A stretch of DNA of 64,000 nt from an uncultured Erysipelotrichaceae bacterium (GTDB lineage Bacteria > Bacillota_I > Bacilli_A > RFN20 > CAG-826): the NCBI GenBank assembly GCA_902773005.1, contig CACYCS010000128.1, positions 1,252 to 65,251 of the forward strand. The letters run 5' to 3'. Numbering within the stretch: position 1 is the first letter of the stretch; every line of letters begins with the position of its first letter. A program made the position numbers and the translations under genes. A model generated the notes under the pieces. The model was not told the origin of the DNA. It made no database searches and worked only from the letters and a program-made list of their open reading frames with translations. This document shows positions 35,648-46,433 of the stretch, one piece after another.

Positions 35648-38275
35648 ATGCATATGAAGGAATTCGAGCGTTTCAAGAAAAAACTCCTCAGGGAGCACAT
35701 CCTCAAGGCAGTGCTCGTAGGACTCGGCGTCGGCTTATTCGGTGCAGGGCTAGCGGTACTGTTATTCCGCCTCGTCGCTCCTAGCGCCGCTGTCGTTGCA
35801 GGGATCGTCGCGGGAGTCGTGTTCGCCGGACTCGCATTCGCCCTTTATTTCCGCGGGGCCCGTCCTAGCGACAAGGAAATCGCCCTCCGCCTCGACAAGG
35901 ATCTCGGCCTCCGCGAGAAGACCGCGACCATGGTCGAGTTCGAAGGCCAGGACAACCTGATCCTCGAGAAGCAGCGCGAAGACGCGAGAAGTAGCCTCGC
36001 GGCCAAGCCCACCGCCGCATTGAAGTTCAACGTCTCGGTCCTCGGCGTCATCGCACTCGTTATCGGAGGAGGCGGATTCGCAAGCTCGTTGCTTCTTCCC
36101 GTCCACCAGCTGAATCATGATGATCAGCCGGGCGAGAATTCCTCCAATAACTGGGATAGCATCGTCGATAGCATCGTCAAATCCGTCGATAACGACATCG
36201 AGAATAACGATAGCATCAACAAGAGCCTCGGCGACGAGATCCAATCCATCCTCGACGAGCTTCAGAATAGCCTCGAAGGCAATACCAACGTCGAAGAACG
36301 TTCTTCGCTCGTCGATGAAGCCAAATCGAAGATCGATGAGGCCGTCGATAACGCGAACACCAAAGAAGAGATCGGCGAAGCGCTGAAGCACCAAGAAGAC
36401 CAGGCCCTCCAAGACCTTGGCCAAGCCCTTATCGATGGCGATAACCAGGCGGTCAACGACGCCCTTCAAGAGCTCATGGACGAATTCAACGCGATCGATG
36501 ATCCCCAAGAGCTCGCCGAGAAGATGCATGACATCGCCGACCAGATTCGCGACGCGCTAGAAGAAGCCAAAGAGAACGGGGTCGATCCTAACGATGGCCT
36601 CTACAAATCCCTCGAAAACCTCGCGAACCGCCTCGACGGCCAAGCCGAGAAGCTAGAGAACTCGGAGCAAGAGCAGCAAGAGCAGCAGGTCATCTTGACC
36701 TACACCACTTCCTATGCTGGCGACGTCTATCTCCATGACGTGAGCTACACCTCTTACGACGGCAAGGATTGGTCCGCCCCGATCGCCTATAATACACCTG
36801 CAGGCGCGAGCAATCCGCTCTATTACACCGCCGATAAGCTCGAGAACGTCGGCATCACCACCTATTCGATGGATTTGGACTGGGATGCGGATTATCTCGC
36901 CGCGCTCGCTCAATATGGATATTCGCCGCGCAACCTCCTCCCGCTATACGCAACCACTGAGTTTGCCGCCGACGCAACCGATGCCTATCTGACCGAGACC
37001 TTCGCGGCCCATCAGGAATATCACTTCCACCCCTACGCCCTCACTGCCGCTACCGCCGCCCAGCTAGTGGCCGCGTCCTACTCGAAATCCGCGACCACCT
37101 CAGCCGAGGTAAACTACCGTAGCTTCGTAAGGAGCAACTACCTCACCGTCTCCGCGGATGAGAAGGCCTATTTCGATACGGTCATCGCTAGCGAAAACCT
37201 CACAAATTCGATCGACGGCATGCTTAGCGCGACAGACTACATCATGAACGCAGCCGAGTACGACATCGAATACGTCGAAGGCGGCTCGAAGACCTATGAT
37301 GGCGACGACCATATCCTCGACTTCCTGCAGGACAAGAAGGCTGGCGTCTGCGTCCAGTTCGCGGGCGCGCTAACCTTATTATTAAGAAGCTTAGGCGTCC
37401 CTGCCCGCTACACCGAGGGCTGGCAATCCGTCGCGAATGGCGACATCACCAAGCCCGTCGAAGTCACCGAAATCGGCCACGCTTGGACCGAGGCCTACAT
37501 CGATAACATCGGCTGGGTCGTCCTTGACGCCACCCCTGCCCAAAATGGGGAAGGCCAAGGCGAAGAGCAACCAGGCGAACAGCAGTCCGGCGAAGAGCAA
37601 TCCGGCGGACAGCAATCCGGTGGCGAGCAGCAATCGGGCGGACAGCAGCAATCCGGCCAGCAAGGCTCGCAGAACCAAGACGCGGAAGATGCAAAAGACG
37701 CCGCGCAAGAAGCGATCGATAGCGCCCAGCAGCAGATGAATTCCGAAGTCGACCAGCAGAACGCGAACTCGCAAGCTGGCGAGCAGGCAAAATCGGCGAT
37801 GGACGAAATGGTCCAGCCCTCCGATTCCGGCGAAGAATCTAGCGCAGGATCTGGCCAAGGGTCAGGACAAGGCTCCCCGACTTCAGGCGAAGGGTCCGGA
37901 CAAGGATCCGGCGAAGGCTCGGGACAAGGGTCCGGCGAAGGATCTGGTGAACAGCCTGGGTCTGGCGAAGGATCCGGTGAAGGCTCTGGCCAAGGGTCTG
38001 GAGAAGGTTCAGGCTCTGGCTCGGGATCCGGCTCTGGCGAAGGTCAGGGCGAAGGCGAAGGTGAAGGAGAGGGCGCTGGCTCCGGACAAGCTGGCGAACA
38101 CCACACCGACACCATCTACACCAAGGATGGCACCGCCGAATACGGCGACGTCATCAACGATTACCAAGGCGATGCCGCCAAGGACGCGGACGAGGCCGGA
38201 GACGATGACCTCACCGAGACCCAAGGCGATTACTTCAATAACCTATACGGCGAAGGCGGAGGAAAAGGAAACTGA
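35648..38275 (+). CDS. Membrane-anchored transglutaminase-like protein with long acidic coiled region and G/S/E/Q low-complexity tail
   Basis: Two N-terminal TM helices. The transglutaminase core is [13 protein letters not shown] (Cys), IGHAWTEAY (His) and VVLDATP (Asp). The start is ATG 35648 or 35654, after GGAGG. Confidence 0.75.
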   Translation: MHMKEFERFKKKLLREHILKAVLVGLGVGLFGAGLAVLLFRLVAPSAAVVAGIVAGVVFAGLAFALYFRGARPSDKEIALRLDKDLGLREKTATMVEFEGQDNLILEKQREDARSSLAAKPTAALKFNVSVLGVIALVIGGGGFASSLLLPVHQLNHDDQPGENSSNNWDSIVDSIVKSVDNDIENNDSINKSLGDEIQSILDELQNSLEGNTNVEERSSLVDEAKSKIDEAVDNANTKEEIGEALKHQEDQALQDLGQALIDGDNQAVNDALQELMDEFNAIDDPQELAEKMHDIADQIRDALEEAKENGVDPNDGLYKSLENLANRLDGQAEKLENSEQEQQEQQVILTYTTSYAGDVYLHDVSYTSYDGKDWSAPIAYNTPAGASNPLYYTADKLENVGITTYSMDLDWDADYLAALAQYGYSPRNLLPLYATTEFAADATDAYLTETFAAHQEYHFHPYALTAATAAQLVAASYSKSATTSAEVNYRSFVRSNYLTVSADEKAYFDTVIASENLTNSIDGMLSATDYIMNAAEYDIEYVEGGSKTYDGDDHILDFLQDKKAGVCVQFAGALTLLLRSLGVPARYTEGWQSVANGDITKPVEVTEIGHAWTEAYIDNIGWVVLDATPAQNGEGQGEEQPGEQQSGEEQSGGQQSGGEQQSGGQQQSGQQGSQNQDAEDAKDAAQEAIDSAQQQMNSEVDQQNANSQAGEQAKSAMDEMVQPSDSGEESSAGSGQGSGQGSPTSGEGSGQGSGEGSGQGSGEGSGEQPGSGEGSGEGSGQGSGEGSGSGSGSGSGEGQGEGEGEGEGAGSGQAGEHHTDTIYTKDGTAEYGDVINDYQGDAAKDADEAGDDDLTETQGDYFNNLYGEGGGKGN
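37847..38090 (+). repeat. Degenerate tandem 12/18-bp repeats encoding (GEGSGQGS)n inside the transglutaminase gene
   Basis: Reiterated GGCGAAGGNTCNGGNCAAGGNTCN units. A second Q/G/S/E tract ([11 protein letters not shown]) lies at about 37553-37680. Confidence 0.85.
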
Positions 38276-38325
38276 TCCGCTAACGAGCATCGCACCCAAA
38301 ATCACAATCAGAAAGGCATTCAATA

Positions 38326-39342
38326 ATGGAAGAAAACAACATCAAAAACCAGGCTTCCGGCAAAGAGCAGCTCATCAAGGAATTCGCTGACTCGGTCGCG
38401 AAGATCAAAGCGGAGCTCCACAAGGACATCATCGGCCAGGAAGAGGTCATCGACGACGTCGTCATCGCGATCATCGCCGGCGGAAACGTCCTTCTCGAAG
38501 GCGTCCCGGGCACCGGAAAGACGCGTCTAGTCCGCTCTCTTGGCCAGACACTCGCCCTCCCCTTCTCCCGCATTCAGTTCACCCCTGACCTCATGCCGAA
38601 TGACGTCACGGGCACCAACATCATCCGCAAGGACGATAACGGCAACCTCGTCACCCACTTCCAAAAGGGCCCGATCTTCGCCCAGATCATCCTCGCCGAC
38701 GAAATCAACCGCGCGACCCCGAAGACCCAATCGGCGCTTCTTGAGGTCATGCAAGAGCACCACGCCACGATCTCCGGCGTCACCTACAACATGGATGAGC
38801 CCTTCTTCGTCCTCGCGACCCAGAACCCGATCGAGCAAGACGGCACCTATCCGCTTCCTGAGGCCCAGATGGACCGCTTCATGTTCAAGGTCTCCATGGA
38901 ATTCCCCTCCATCGCTGAGCTTGGCGACATCGTGAACCTCACTCAGCACTCCCAAGCCGAGAACGCGACCAAAGTCGTCGATGGCCCGACCATCCTCAAG
39001 ATGCGTTCCCTCGCCCAGGACGTCCCCTGCATCAAGGAAGTCATCGATTACGCGATGCATCTCGTCCACGCAACCCACCCCGAGATGGAGAATCCAAGCG
39101 AAGTCGCGAAGAAATACATCCGCTACGGCGCTTCTCCCCGTGCGGGACAGGCGATCATCACCGGCGCGAAGATCCGCGCTTTGATCCATGGCTCCTATAA
39201 CGTGGCTTTCGAAGACATCGACGCCCTTGCTTACCCAGTCCTCCGCCACCGCATCAAGATCAATTACAACGCCATCAACGAAGGCCTTTCCATCGACAAG
39301 GTCATCGGGCTCCTCATCAAGGAAAACGCGAAATACCGCTAA
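38326..39342 (+). CDS. MoxR-family AAA+ ATPase
   Basis: 338 aa. Motifs are LLEGVPGTGKT (Walker A), IILADEINRA (Walker B), VLATQNPIEQDGTYPLPEAQMDRF and YGASPRAGQA. Confidence 0.9.
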   Translation: MEENNIKNQASGKEQLIKEFADSVAKIKAELHKDIIGQEEVIDDVVIAIIAGGNVLLEGVPGTGKTRLVRSLGQTLALPFSRIQFTPDLMPNDVTGTNIIRKDDNGNLVTHFQKGPIFAQIILADEINRATPKTQSALLEVMQEHHATISGVTYNMDEPFFVLATQNPIEQDGTYPLPEAQMDRFMFKVSMEFPSIAELGDIVNLTQHSQAENATKVVDGPTILKMRSLAQDVPCIKEVIDYAMHLVHATHPEMENPSEVAKKYIRYGASPRAGQAIITGAKIRALIHGSYNVAFEDIDALAYPVLRHRIKINYNAINEGLSIDKVIGLLIKENAKYR

Positions 39343-39348
39343 TCGATT

Positions 39349-40224
39349 ATGAGGGCAGTCATCGACGAACAATTCCTGGCCAATCTTGACCTGTTTTCGC
39401 TTGCGGTCAAAGACAACGTGGCCGGTCTTTTCGGTGGCAACCACAAATCCAAACGGTTCGGCTCCTCCTCCGAATTCGCGGATTACCGCGACTACATCGA
39501 AGGAGACGACATCACCAAGATCGACTGGAACATCTACGGACGCACCGAGAAGATGTTCCTGAAGCTCTACCTCGACGAGCGTCAGATGCAGACCCGCATC
39601 TACATCGACGCCTCCTCTTCGATGGGCTTCTACAAGAAAGACGAGATGGCGATCAAGCTCGCCGCCGCCTTCGCCTACCTTTCCATCAAGGAAATGGACC
39701 GCGTCTCGATATTCGCGATCCGGGGGCGCATCGTCGAGCCGATTCTGGAGAAAGTGGTCGGGAAGGATTCCTTCCTCAACGCCATCGGCGCGATCAATAA
39801 GATCAATTTCGATGGCGGTTCAAGGATCTCCGACGCCATCACCAATTCCACCGTCGGCTATGGAGACGGTCGCTCAATCATCATCAGCGACTTCCTGACC
39901 GACGACAATTTCCTCGACGCGATCGATCATCTTCGCGGCAAGAAGCGCGACGTGCTCTGCCTCCAGATCCTCGCAGACGAGGAGATGCATCCGCAAATCC
40001 GCGGCAAAACCATCATCCGCGACTCCGAGGATATGGGCCGCTTCTACAAGGACAACATCGGGCGCGACATCCTCGATGCCTATCGCAAAGCGCTCGATTA
40101 CATCACCAAGCGCATTGAGGACCACTGCATTTCGCGCGAGGCCGATTACCAATTGGTCTCGACCAAGGATGAGCTCAAGGACATCCTCCTGAACTCGCTC
40201 GCGAAGAAAGGAGTCATCAAATGA
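39349..40224 (+). CDS. DUF58-family protein (vWA-like, MoxR partner)
   Basis: GNHKSKRFGSSSEFADYRDYIEGDDITKIDWNIYGRTEKMFLKLY is the canonical DUF58 signature. Confidence 0.85.
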   Translation: MRAVIDEQFLANLDLFSLAVKDNVAGLFGGNHKSKRFGSSSEFADYRDYIEGDDITKIDWNIYGRTEKMFLKLYLDERQMQTRIYIDASSSMGFYKKDEMAIKLAAAFAYLSIKEMDRVSIFAIRGRIVEPILEKVVGKDSFLNAIGAINKINFDGGSRISDAITNSTVGYGDGRSIIISDFLTDDNFLDAIDHLRGKKRDVLCLQILADEEMHPQIRGKTIIRDSEDMGRFYKDNIGRDILDAYRKALDYITKRIEDHCISREADYQLVSTKDELKDILLNSLAKKGVIK

Positions 40225-42068
40225 CATTCCTTTATCCATTCGCATTGCTTGGCCTCATCGCCATCCCAATCCTCATCATCATCTACATCATCCGCAACAA
40301 GTACAAGGAAGCGACCGCCCCTACCACTTATATTTGGGAGCTCGCGGCCAAGTTCCTCAAGAAGAAGAACCCCTTCAGCAGGTTCGAGCACTTGCTTGCC
40401 TTGATCGTTCAGATCCTAGCGATCACGATTTTGTCGCTAGCCCTCGCTCACCCGGTCTTCACCTTGAAGGAAGGGGCCGACAACATCGTCTTCGTCCTCG
40501 ACGCTTCCGCCTCGATGGGCATGGAGCACGATGGCAAGACGCGCTTCGAAAGGGCCAAAGGCCTCATCGCCGAAAAGGCCGAAGCCGCCGCCTCGGGATC
40601 GACCTACACCTTGATCCTCGCCGAAAAAGAGCCGCGCATCGTCTGCCAGAAAGTGGATGACATCACCCGCTTCGAGATGTATCTGGATAGCGTCTCCGCA
40701 ACCGATGTCGCTAGCCCCCTCCTCGACGCGATCGCCTCGGCTCAGGTCCTCTTCTCTAGCGGCGAATGCAACCTCTGCTACCTCGCAACCGACCAATCTT
40801 GCGGCGAGATGGCCAATATCTCCTTCTTAGACGTTAGCGACGACGAGGAGAATTACGCGGTCACCTCACTTGAATTCGAGCTCTCCGCGAGAAGGCTCTA
40901 CTTCACCGGCACCCTCATGAGCTACGCCTCCGATGCCGAGATTGAAGCTGAGATCCTCGTCAATGGCGAGCATTACGCCGATCTCACTTACCCCGTCGTC
41001 AAAGGCGAGGCCTATGCCTTCACCACCACCCCGTCCAACTTTGCGGGCGAAGTGAATTCCGTCACCTTGAACGTCAAAAACATTGACGGCTTCATGAAGG
41101 ATAACACCTACACGGTCTACGCCAATGACACGACCGTCAAGACGAAGGTCCTCGTGGTAAGCAGCGCTTCGACTTACTTGCGCGCCATCTTCGACGCGAT
41201 GAAAGACGTCACCTACACCGTCATTAGCCCCGCTTCCTATCACGATAACGCGGGCTATGACCTCTACGTGTTCGATGGCTATTCCCCCGCGGTCTTGCCT
41301 AGCCAAGGCGCGGTCCTGATGCTTGGGCTCACCCATACCGTCGCCGGAAGCGGCTTCCTCTCTTCTAGCACCGCTACCCCGACGGGCGAAGGCGTGCTCC
41401 AGTTCGCCGAGAACGACTCCCTGCTCTATGGCCAGCTCACCGCTGGAGTCCTCGGCAAAAGGGACATCGTGATCTCCAAGTATCAGCGCTACTCGCTCTA
41501 TAAGGACTTCACGACGGTCCTAACCTGCGACAACATCCCCGTCCTCTTCGCCGGGCGAAACGAGAACGGCCAGCGTCAGGTGGTCTTCGCATTCGACCTC
41601 CATGACTCGAACTTGCCGCTACTATTCGATTACGTCGCCTTCATGCGCAATTTCGTCGATTACGCGAACCCGCGCCTAATGAATCTCTTCGACTACGAGA
41701 TTGGCGATCAGGCGATCTTCACGATCCCTGACGAAGTCACCACGTTGTCGATCGAGATGCCTGACGGCACGGTTGAGCCGATCCGCTATGGCGGGGCAGA
41801 GACCTTCGCCTATGCCTTAGACCAGATCGGAAGCTATGCGCTCACGGCAAATTATGATGGCGGCTCCTCCAAGGTCGTCCGCTTCTATAGCCATAACGAC
41901 TACCGCGAATCTGACCCTAAGCCAATGCCAGAAGGCACCTATGGCCTAACCGTCAGCGAAAAGACCGTGCGCCAGGATGGATTATGGGACAACATCCTGC
42001 CAATCGTCATCGCGGCCGCCCTATTCTTTGTGGGAGATTGGATCCTATACGCTCATGAACAATATTGA
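40221..42068 (+). CDS. BatA-like protein: N-terminal double-TM domain + vWA domain + C-terminal TM
   Basis: MTFLYPFALLGLIAIPILIIIYIIRNKY is Bat N-terminal double-TM type. The vWA MIDAS start is IVFVLDASASMG. Confidence 0.75.
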   Translation: MTFLYPFALLGLIAIPILIIIYIIRNKYKEATAPTTYIWELAAKFLKKKNPFSRFEHLLALIVQILAITILSLALAHPVFTLKEGADNIVFVLDASASMGMEHDGKTRFERAKGLIAEKAEAAASGSTYTLILAEKEPRIVCQKVDDITRFEMYLDSVSATDVASPLLDAIASAQVLFSSGECNLCYLATDQSCGEMANISFLDVSDDEENYAVTSLEFELSARRLYFTGTLMSYASDAEIEAEILVNGEHYADLTYPVVKGEAYAFTTTPSNFAGEVNSVTLNVKNIDGFMKDNTYTVYANDTTVKTKVLVVSSASTYLRAIFDAMKDVTYTVISPASYHDNAGYDLYVFDGYSPAVLPSQGAVLMLGLTHTVAGSGFLSSSTATPTGEGVLQFAENDSLLYGQLTAGVLGKRDIVISKYQRYSLYKDFTTVLTCDNIPVLFAGRNENGQRQVVFAFDLHDSNLPLLFDYVAFMRNFVDYANPRLMNLFDYEIGDQAIFTIPDEVTTLSIEMPDGTVEPIRYGGAETFAYALDQIGSYALTANYDGGSSKVVRFYSHNDYRESDPKPMPEGTYGLTVSEKTVRQDGLWDNILPIVIAAALFFVGDWILYAHEQY

Positions 42069-44715
42069 TATCAAAAATCCATGGCTTGGCCTCATCGCCA
42101 TCCCGATCATCATCCTCGTGATCGTGTTTTTCTTCCGCATCCCCAAGCAAAAACGGAAGTTCCTCAAGAACAAATTGTCCCTTGGCCTCCACATCCTTAT
42201 GGCGGTCACATTGTCCCTTGCCTTCATGGACATCCGCTTCCTCCACTCGGGCAAAGACACCGAGCTCTACATCCTCGCCGATTGCAGCGACTCCGAAAAA
42301 GTCTCTAGCGACCGCATCGATTCCCTCATCAAAGAGGTTTACGACAAACATCTCGTGAACACCAAGATCGGGGTCATCGCCTTTGCCAAAGACTATCGCG
42401 TCGTCACCCCGATCGGAACTAGCTACGAAGGCATCTCCAAGATCTTCGACGACGAAAGTTTCGATGGCTCCGCCACGAACCTCGAGTCGGCCCTCAATTA
42501 CGTCGAAACCCTCTATAGCGAGGAATCCGTCCACCGCATGCTCATCATAAGCGACGGCGTCGAAACCGACGGCAACGCGGTGGATTCGCTCGATAAGCTC
42601 CTCCATAACAACGTGAGCATCGATTGCGTCTACTTGACCGAGGAAGGCGAAGACGAGATCGCTGTCACCGACGTCTCTTACGTCGAGAAGGCATTCTATG
42701 GCCGCAAACAAGAGGCGAAAGTCTCGATCCGCAGCCGCAAAGAAGCCCAGATCTTGGCGCGGCTCACCCGCAATGGCGAGAGGGTCGCCGACTTGCCTAG
42801 CCAAGTCAATCGCGGTCTGACCGTCTTGACCTTCAGCCTTCCTAGCGACGAGGTCGGGACCTTCGAATACAAGATCGAGCTCCTGAATGAAGATGGCTCC
42901 CCGATTCCCGAGGAAAAAGACCTCTTCGCGGAGAATAACCGCAAATCCTTCACTCAGGAGATCCACGATGACTTCAAGGTGCTACTCATCGACTCCGGCG
43001 AAGCCGATCGCCGCGCGATCGACGCGCTGAAGCTCTTCACAAGCAATACCGACATCACCGAGTATCTCTATACCGCCACGAACATCCCCTACTCCCTCGA
43101 GCAGCTCATCCAATTCGACGAGATCATCCTCTCCGACGTCAATCTCTCGATCATGAGCCACTACGAGGAATTCGTCGAGAACCTCCGCCTCGCGGTCTCG
43201 GTATATGGCAAGACGCTCATGAATTACGGCGCCACCAATATCGGCGACGCCTCAAGCGACGCGATGTCGATGTTCGCCGACATGCTCCCCGTCCAATACC
43301 ATTCTGACGATAAGCAAGCGGTCATCCTGAACATTGACGTCTCGGGCTCGATGGATGGCGACCGCCTCGTCAAGGCCAAGCAAGGCGCGATCGCCTGCGT
43401 CGATATCCTCGACGAAGACGATTACATCGGAATCGTGAGCTTCTCTGACGAAGGCATCGTCGTGCAGCCGCTCACCTCGGTCAAAAACCGTGCCACAATC
43501 GTTGCGAACATCAACTCGATGGAGACGATCGGCGGCACCAACATGGCGCCGGGCTTCGACCGCTGCACCGAGCTTCTCCGCAACGCCGACTTCGAATATA
43601 AGCAAGTCATCACCCTCTCTGACGGCGACCCGTTCGACGATCCTTCCGCCCTTAGGACCCAGGTCACCCAGATGGCGCAGCAAAACATCATCTCCTCGTT
43701 CATCAACATTCAGAATAAGTCGGGCGAAGCGCTTCTCAAGAGCCTCGCTAGCGCAGGCAACGGACGCTACTACTACGCCGAATCCGCCGCATCCCTTGTC
43801 AAGGTCATGCTTAGCTCCGTGACCGATGACGTCGCTAACACCGCGATCCAAGGCCGCTCCCCCATCCAGATCAGGGAAACTGACGATCCATCCTTAGAGG
43901 GCATCGATTCTCTCCCGGACCTCATGGGCTACAACTATTGCCGCATCAAGCAAGACGCCACCACCGTCCTCACCACCCAATACACCGCCAAGGAGCAAGA
44001 TGGCGAGGCCGTAGGCGTAGCCGCCGTCCCGATCTATGCCTATTGGTCGTTCGGCCGGGGGAAGGTCAGTTCCTTCACTAGCGCCATCGGCTCCTCTTGG
44101 ACCGCCGGCATCCGCTCGATCGATAGCGGCAAACGCTTCTTCCAGAACGCGGCCAACGAGATGCTCCCTGAATCCGCCTCCAACGATCAGATCACCTTCG
44201 AATACGCGCTTAACGGCACCACCGTGCTAGCGAAGATCAACGCAAACGACGGCGATACTGCAGCCGAGGTCAAATTGACCCTTACCTCCCCAGAAGGCGT
44301 GGAAACCGAGTATACGCCATACTTCGATGGCTCCGCCTATAGCGTCCTCCTCGATACCCCAACCGTCGGGGACTACAAGGCCCACATCGTCTATTCCCAC
44401 CACGTCACCTGGAACAATGGTGAGGTCCACATGGAGAAGCTCGGCGAGATCGATTACCCCGTCCACTTCGATTACTCGAAGGAATATAACCTCTTCGAGC
44501 AGCATGATGGGGAGTTGCTCTATCGCCTCTCTAGGTCAACTGGCTCCACAAGCGTCAACGAGATCAACTACGAGACCCTCTCAAGCGAAATCGAGTTCAG
44601 GAGCTACCGCTCCACCATGATGTGGTTACTCTTCGCAAGCTTAGCGATCTTCTTGGTAGACATCTTCATCCGCAAGAGCGAATTCAAGAAGAAGAAGCCG
44701 CTAGAAACGGCCTAA
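42055..44715 (+). CDS. Large BatB-like protein with two vWA domains and terminal TM anchors
   Basis: Likely start is MNNIDIKNPWLGLIAIPIIILVIVFF at 42055. The vWA motifs are LYILADCSDS and ILNIDVSGSMDG..GGTNM. A C-terminal TM is present. It overlaps the upstream gene by 14 nt. Confidence 0.75.
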   Translation: MNNIDIKNPWLGLIAIPIIILVIVFFFRIPKQKRKFLKNKLSLGLHILMAVTLSLAFMDIRFLHSGKDTELYILADCSDSEKVSSDRIDSLIKEVYDKHLVNTKIGVIAFAKDYRVVTPIGTSYEGISKIFDDESFDGSATNLESALNYVETLYSEESVHRMLIISDGVETDGNAVDSLDKLLHNNVSIDCVYLTEEGEDEIAVTDVSYVEKAFYGRKQEAKVSIRSRKEAQILARLTRNGERVADLPSQVNRGLTVLTFSLPSDEVGTFEYKIELLNEDGSPIPEEKDLFAENNRKSFTQEIHDDFKVLLIDSGEADRRAIDALKLFTSNTDITEYLYTATNIPYSLEQLIQFDEIILSDVNLSIMSHYEEFVENLRLAVSVYGKTLMNYGATNIGDASSDAMSMFADMLPVQYHSDDKQAVILNIDVSGSMDGDRLVKAKQGAIACVDILDEDDYIGIVSFSDEGIVVQPLTSVKNRATIVANINSMETIGGTNMAPGFDRCTELLRNADFEYKQVITLSDGDPFDDPSALRTQVTQMAQQNIISSFINIQNKSGEALLKSLASAGNGRYYYAESAASLVKVMLSSVTDDVANTAIQGRSPIQIRETDDPSLEGIDSLPDLMGYNYCRIKQDATTVLTTQYTAKEQDGEAVGVAAVPIYAYWSFGRGKVSSFTSAIGSSWTAGIRSIDSGKRFFQNAANEMLPESASNDQITFEYALNGTTVLAKINANDGDTAAEVKLTLTSPEGVETEYTPYFDGSAYSVLLDTPTVGDYKAHIVYSHHVTWNNGEVHMEKLGEIDYPVHFDYSKEYNLFEQHDGELLYRLSRSTGSTSVNEINYETLSSEIEFRSYRSTMMWLLFASLAIFLVDIFIRKSEFKKKKPLETA

Positions 44716-44726
44716 TCATCCTACTT

Positions 44727-44759
44727 AGCCGTGGCAAAACCGCCACGGCTTTTCCTTTT
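44727..44759 (+). terminator. Rho-independent terminator of the MoxR/vWA operon
   Basis: Stem AGCCGTGGC (44727-44735) pairs with GCCACGGCT (44742-44750), followed by TTTTCCTTTT. Confidence 0.85.
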
Positions 44760-44953
44760 CCTAGATCCTTATTATTTATATAGGCGCTTAGCCAATTAGA
44801 TATGGGCCATAGCCTATCGATTCCATCCGCCTATACGCGAACGTATGTGAATTGATGTGGCTGTATGTGGTTTTCCCCACTTGCTTAGTAGCGAAACTCG
44901 GTCGCGCGGCGCCTTTCCTTTCACCCTGCGCCACACGGCATTGAATTTAGGTG

Positions 44954-46381
44954 TCAGGCCATTAGATCGGATAAAGTAATCACAAAGGGATAATCGCTGC
45001 TATAGGCGCCTTGGTTAAGCCCGAAGGACGTGATAAGCACGGGGTAAATGCCGCCTTTCTTTTTGATATATGGCGATAGAGAAGCGATTTTGCGCTCCAG
45101 ATCCAAATGACTTTTCTCGCTGCAGGAATACTCTTTCGAATAGAATTTCATCTCGCAGAGGTTAAGCCCCCCATCCTTCCTTTTGATGATCAAATCGATT
45201 TGCGCCCCAGGTTTGTCTTCATCCCCTGCCACGGTATAGAAAGTCGCTTCTGTTTCAATCCCTCCGATGGATAGTTTGCTCTCGATGCGATCAAGATGGT
45301 TGAAGCAGAGATTTTCGAAACTGAATCCGATGGGGGAATTCGGCGAGGTGGCGAAATGGTGCTTTTTCTCCTCGTTGCCCTTGACTCGCTTGAGATAGAA
45401 GAAGCAAAACGGATCGATGAGTTTGTAATGGACTTCCTTTTTGCTTTTCCCAAACGGCACATAACTTAAAAGGAAATCGCTCCTTTCAAGCGCTTTGAGC
45501 TTCTGAAAGAAAGCTCCATTGGCATCAAGTTTCAATTTCGATGCGATCTCATTCGCCGTATACCCGAGGTTTCTATTGGAGAGCAATTCTATGATGGATT
45601 TCATCGTATCGGGATCGGAGAATTGCGAAGTGAAAAGATCCTCGAATTCGTCTTCTAGCTCGCGGTCAGGCCCAAATAGGAGGAAATCGATGTTCTGCTT
45701 TGCGGAGAAACCGGCCTGGAAATAGTCCAAATAATACGGGATGCCGCCTAAGGCCATATAGGACAAAGCAACTTCGTAAGGAGAATAATGGCAGTTCTTA
45801 TATTCCAGGAATTTGCCACATTCTCCTAGAGTAAATGGGCTTAGGCGTATTTTCCTAGTGATTCTCCGGTAGAGTCCTTTGTTTCCATGGATGAGCTTAT
45901 CGCTGATCCAAGAGCTGGCGCTTCCGCAAACGACGAGAATCATATTATCCAAATGGCAAAGATAGCCATTGTAAAAATCGGAAAAGGCGCTCAGGAATCC
46001 TGATTTCGGCGTGTCCATCCATGGCATTTCATCGATGAAGACGACATGATGCCTATTGGGGTCAGTATGGTTTAGAAGCTGCTCTAGTCGCGAGAAGGCT
46101 TCATTCCAACTCTTGAGGCGCCCTCTTTGCTTCTTAGCACCATATCGGAGCAAGCTCCTTTCGAAGGCGTTCAGCTGCCTTTGCTTCTTATTGACCGCTA
46201 AGGCGCTATCGTCTAACGGCTCTGAGCCAGTATGGCTGAAAGCGAAATGGCCCTTGTAAGTCTCGTCGATCAAAAACGTCTTGCCAACTCTTCTCCTGCC
46301 GTACACGGCGACGAATTCGCACTTCTCGCTGCTCAACAAGGAAGTCAGCAGCCTGACTTCTTTTTCTCTGCCGATAATCAT
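44954..46381 (-). CDS. AAA+ ATPase with C-terminal E..D..ExK block; paralogue 4 of 5
   Basis: Blocks are YGRRRVGKTFL, VVFIDEMPWMDT, VVCGSASSW, KGLYRR and GGIPYYL. The C-terminus is SFENLCFNH...AQIDLIIKRKDGGLNLCEMKF. Confidence 0.8.
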   Translation of the reverse strand: MIIGREKEVRLLTSLLSSEKCEFVAVYGRRRVGKTFLIDETYKGHFAFSHTGSEPLDDSALAVNKKQRQLNAFERSLLRYGAKKQRGRLKSWNEAFSRLEQLLNHTDPNRHHVVFIDEMPWMDTPKSGFLSAFSDFYNGYLCHLDNMILVVCGSASSWISDKLIHGNKGLYRRITRKIRLSPFTLGECGKFLEYKNCHYSPYEVALSYMALGGIPYYLDYFQAGFSAKQNIDFLLFGPDRELEDEFEDLFTSQFSDPDTMKSIIELLSNRNLGYTANEIASKLKLDANGAFFQKLKALERSDFLLSYVPFGKSKKEVHYKLIDPFCFFYLKRVKGNEEKKHHFATSPNSPIGFSFENLCFNHLDRIESKLSIGGIETEATFYTVAGDEDKPGAQIDLIIKRKDGGLNLCEMKFYSKEYSCSEKSHLDLERKIASLSPYIKKKGGIYPVLITSFGLNQGAYSSDYPFVITLSDLMA

Positions 46382-46433
46382 TGTTATGCTCCTTTTCCAC
46401 GCTTATTATGACATGTCATAAATTTATAATCCA

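Noticed and set aside
35762-36529. Long antisense ORFs inside confidently assigned genes. Examples are 35762-36529, 38527-39444, 42007-42966, 43252-43851, 49986-50891, 52608-53489, 28511-29167, 16597-17217, 17405-17857, 17878-18405, 8034-8447 and 10112-10564.
   Set aside because: They lie opposite genes with clear family motifs. They have low-complexity or Arg/Gly/Asp-rich composition with no motifs. They are typical shadow ORFs of RNY-biased coding DNA.
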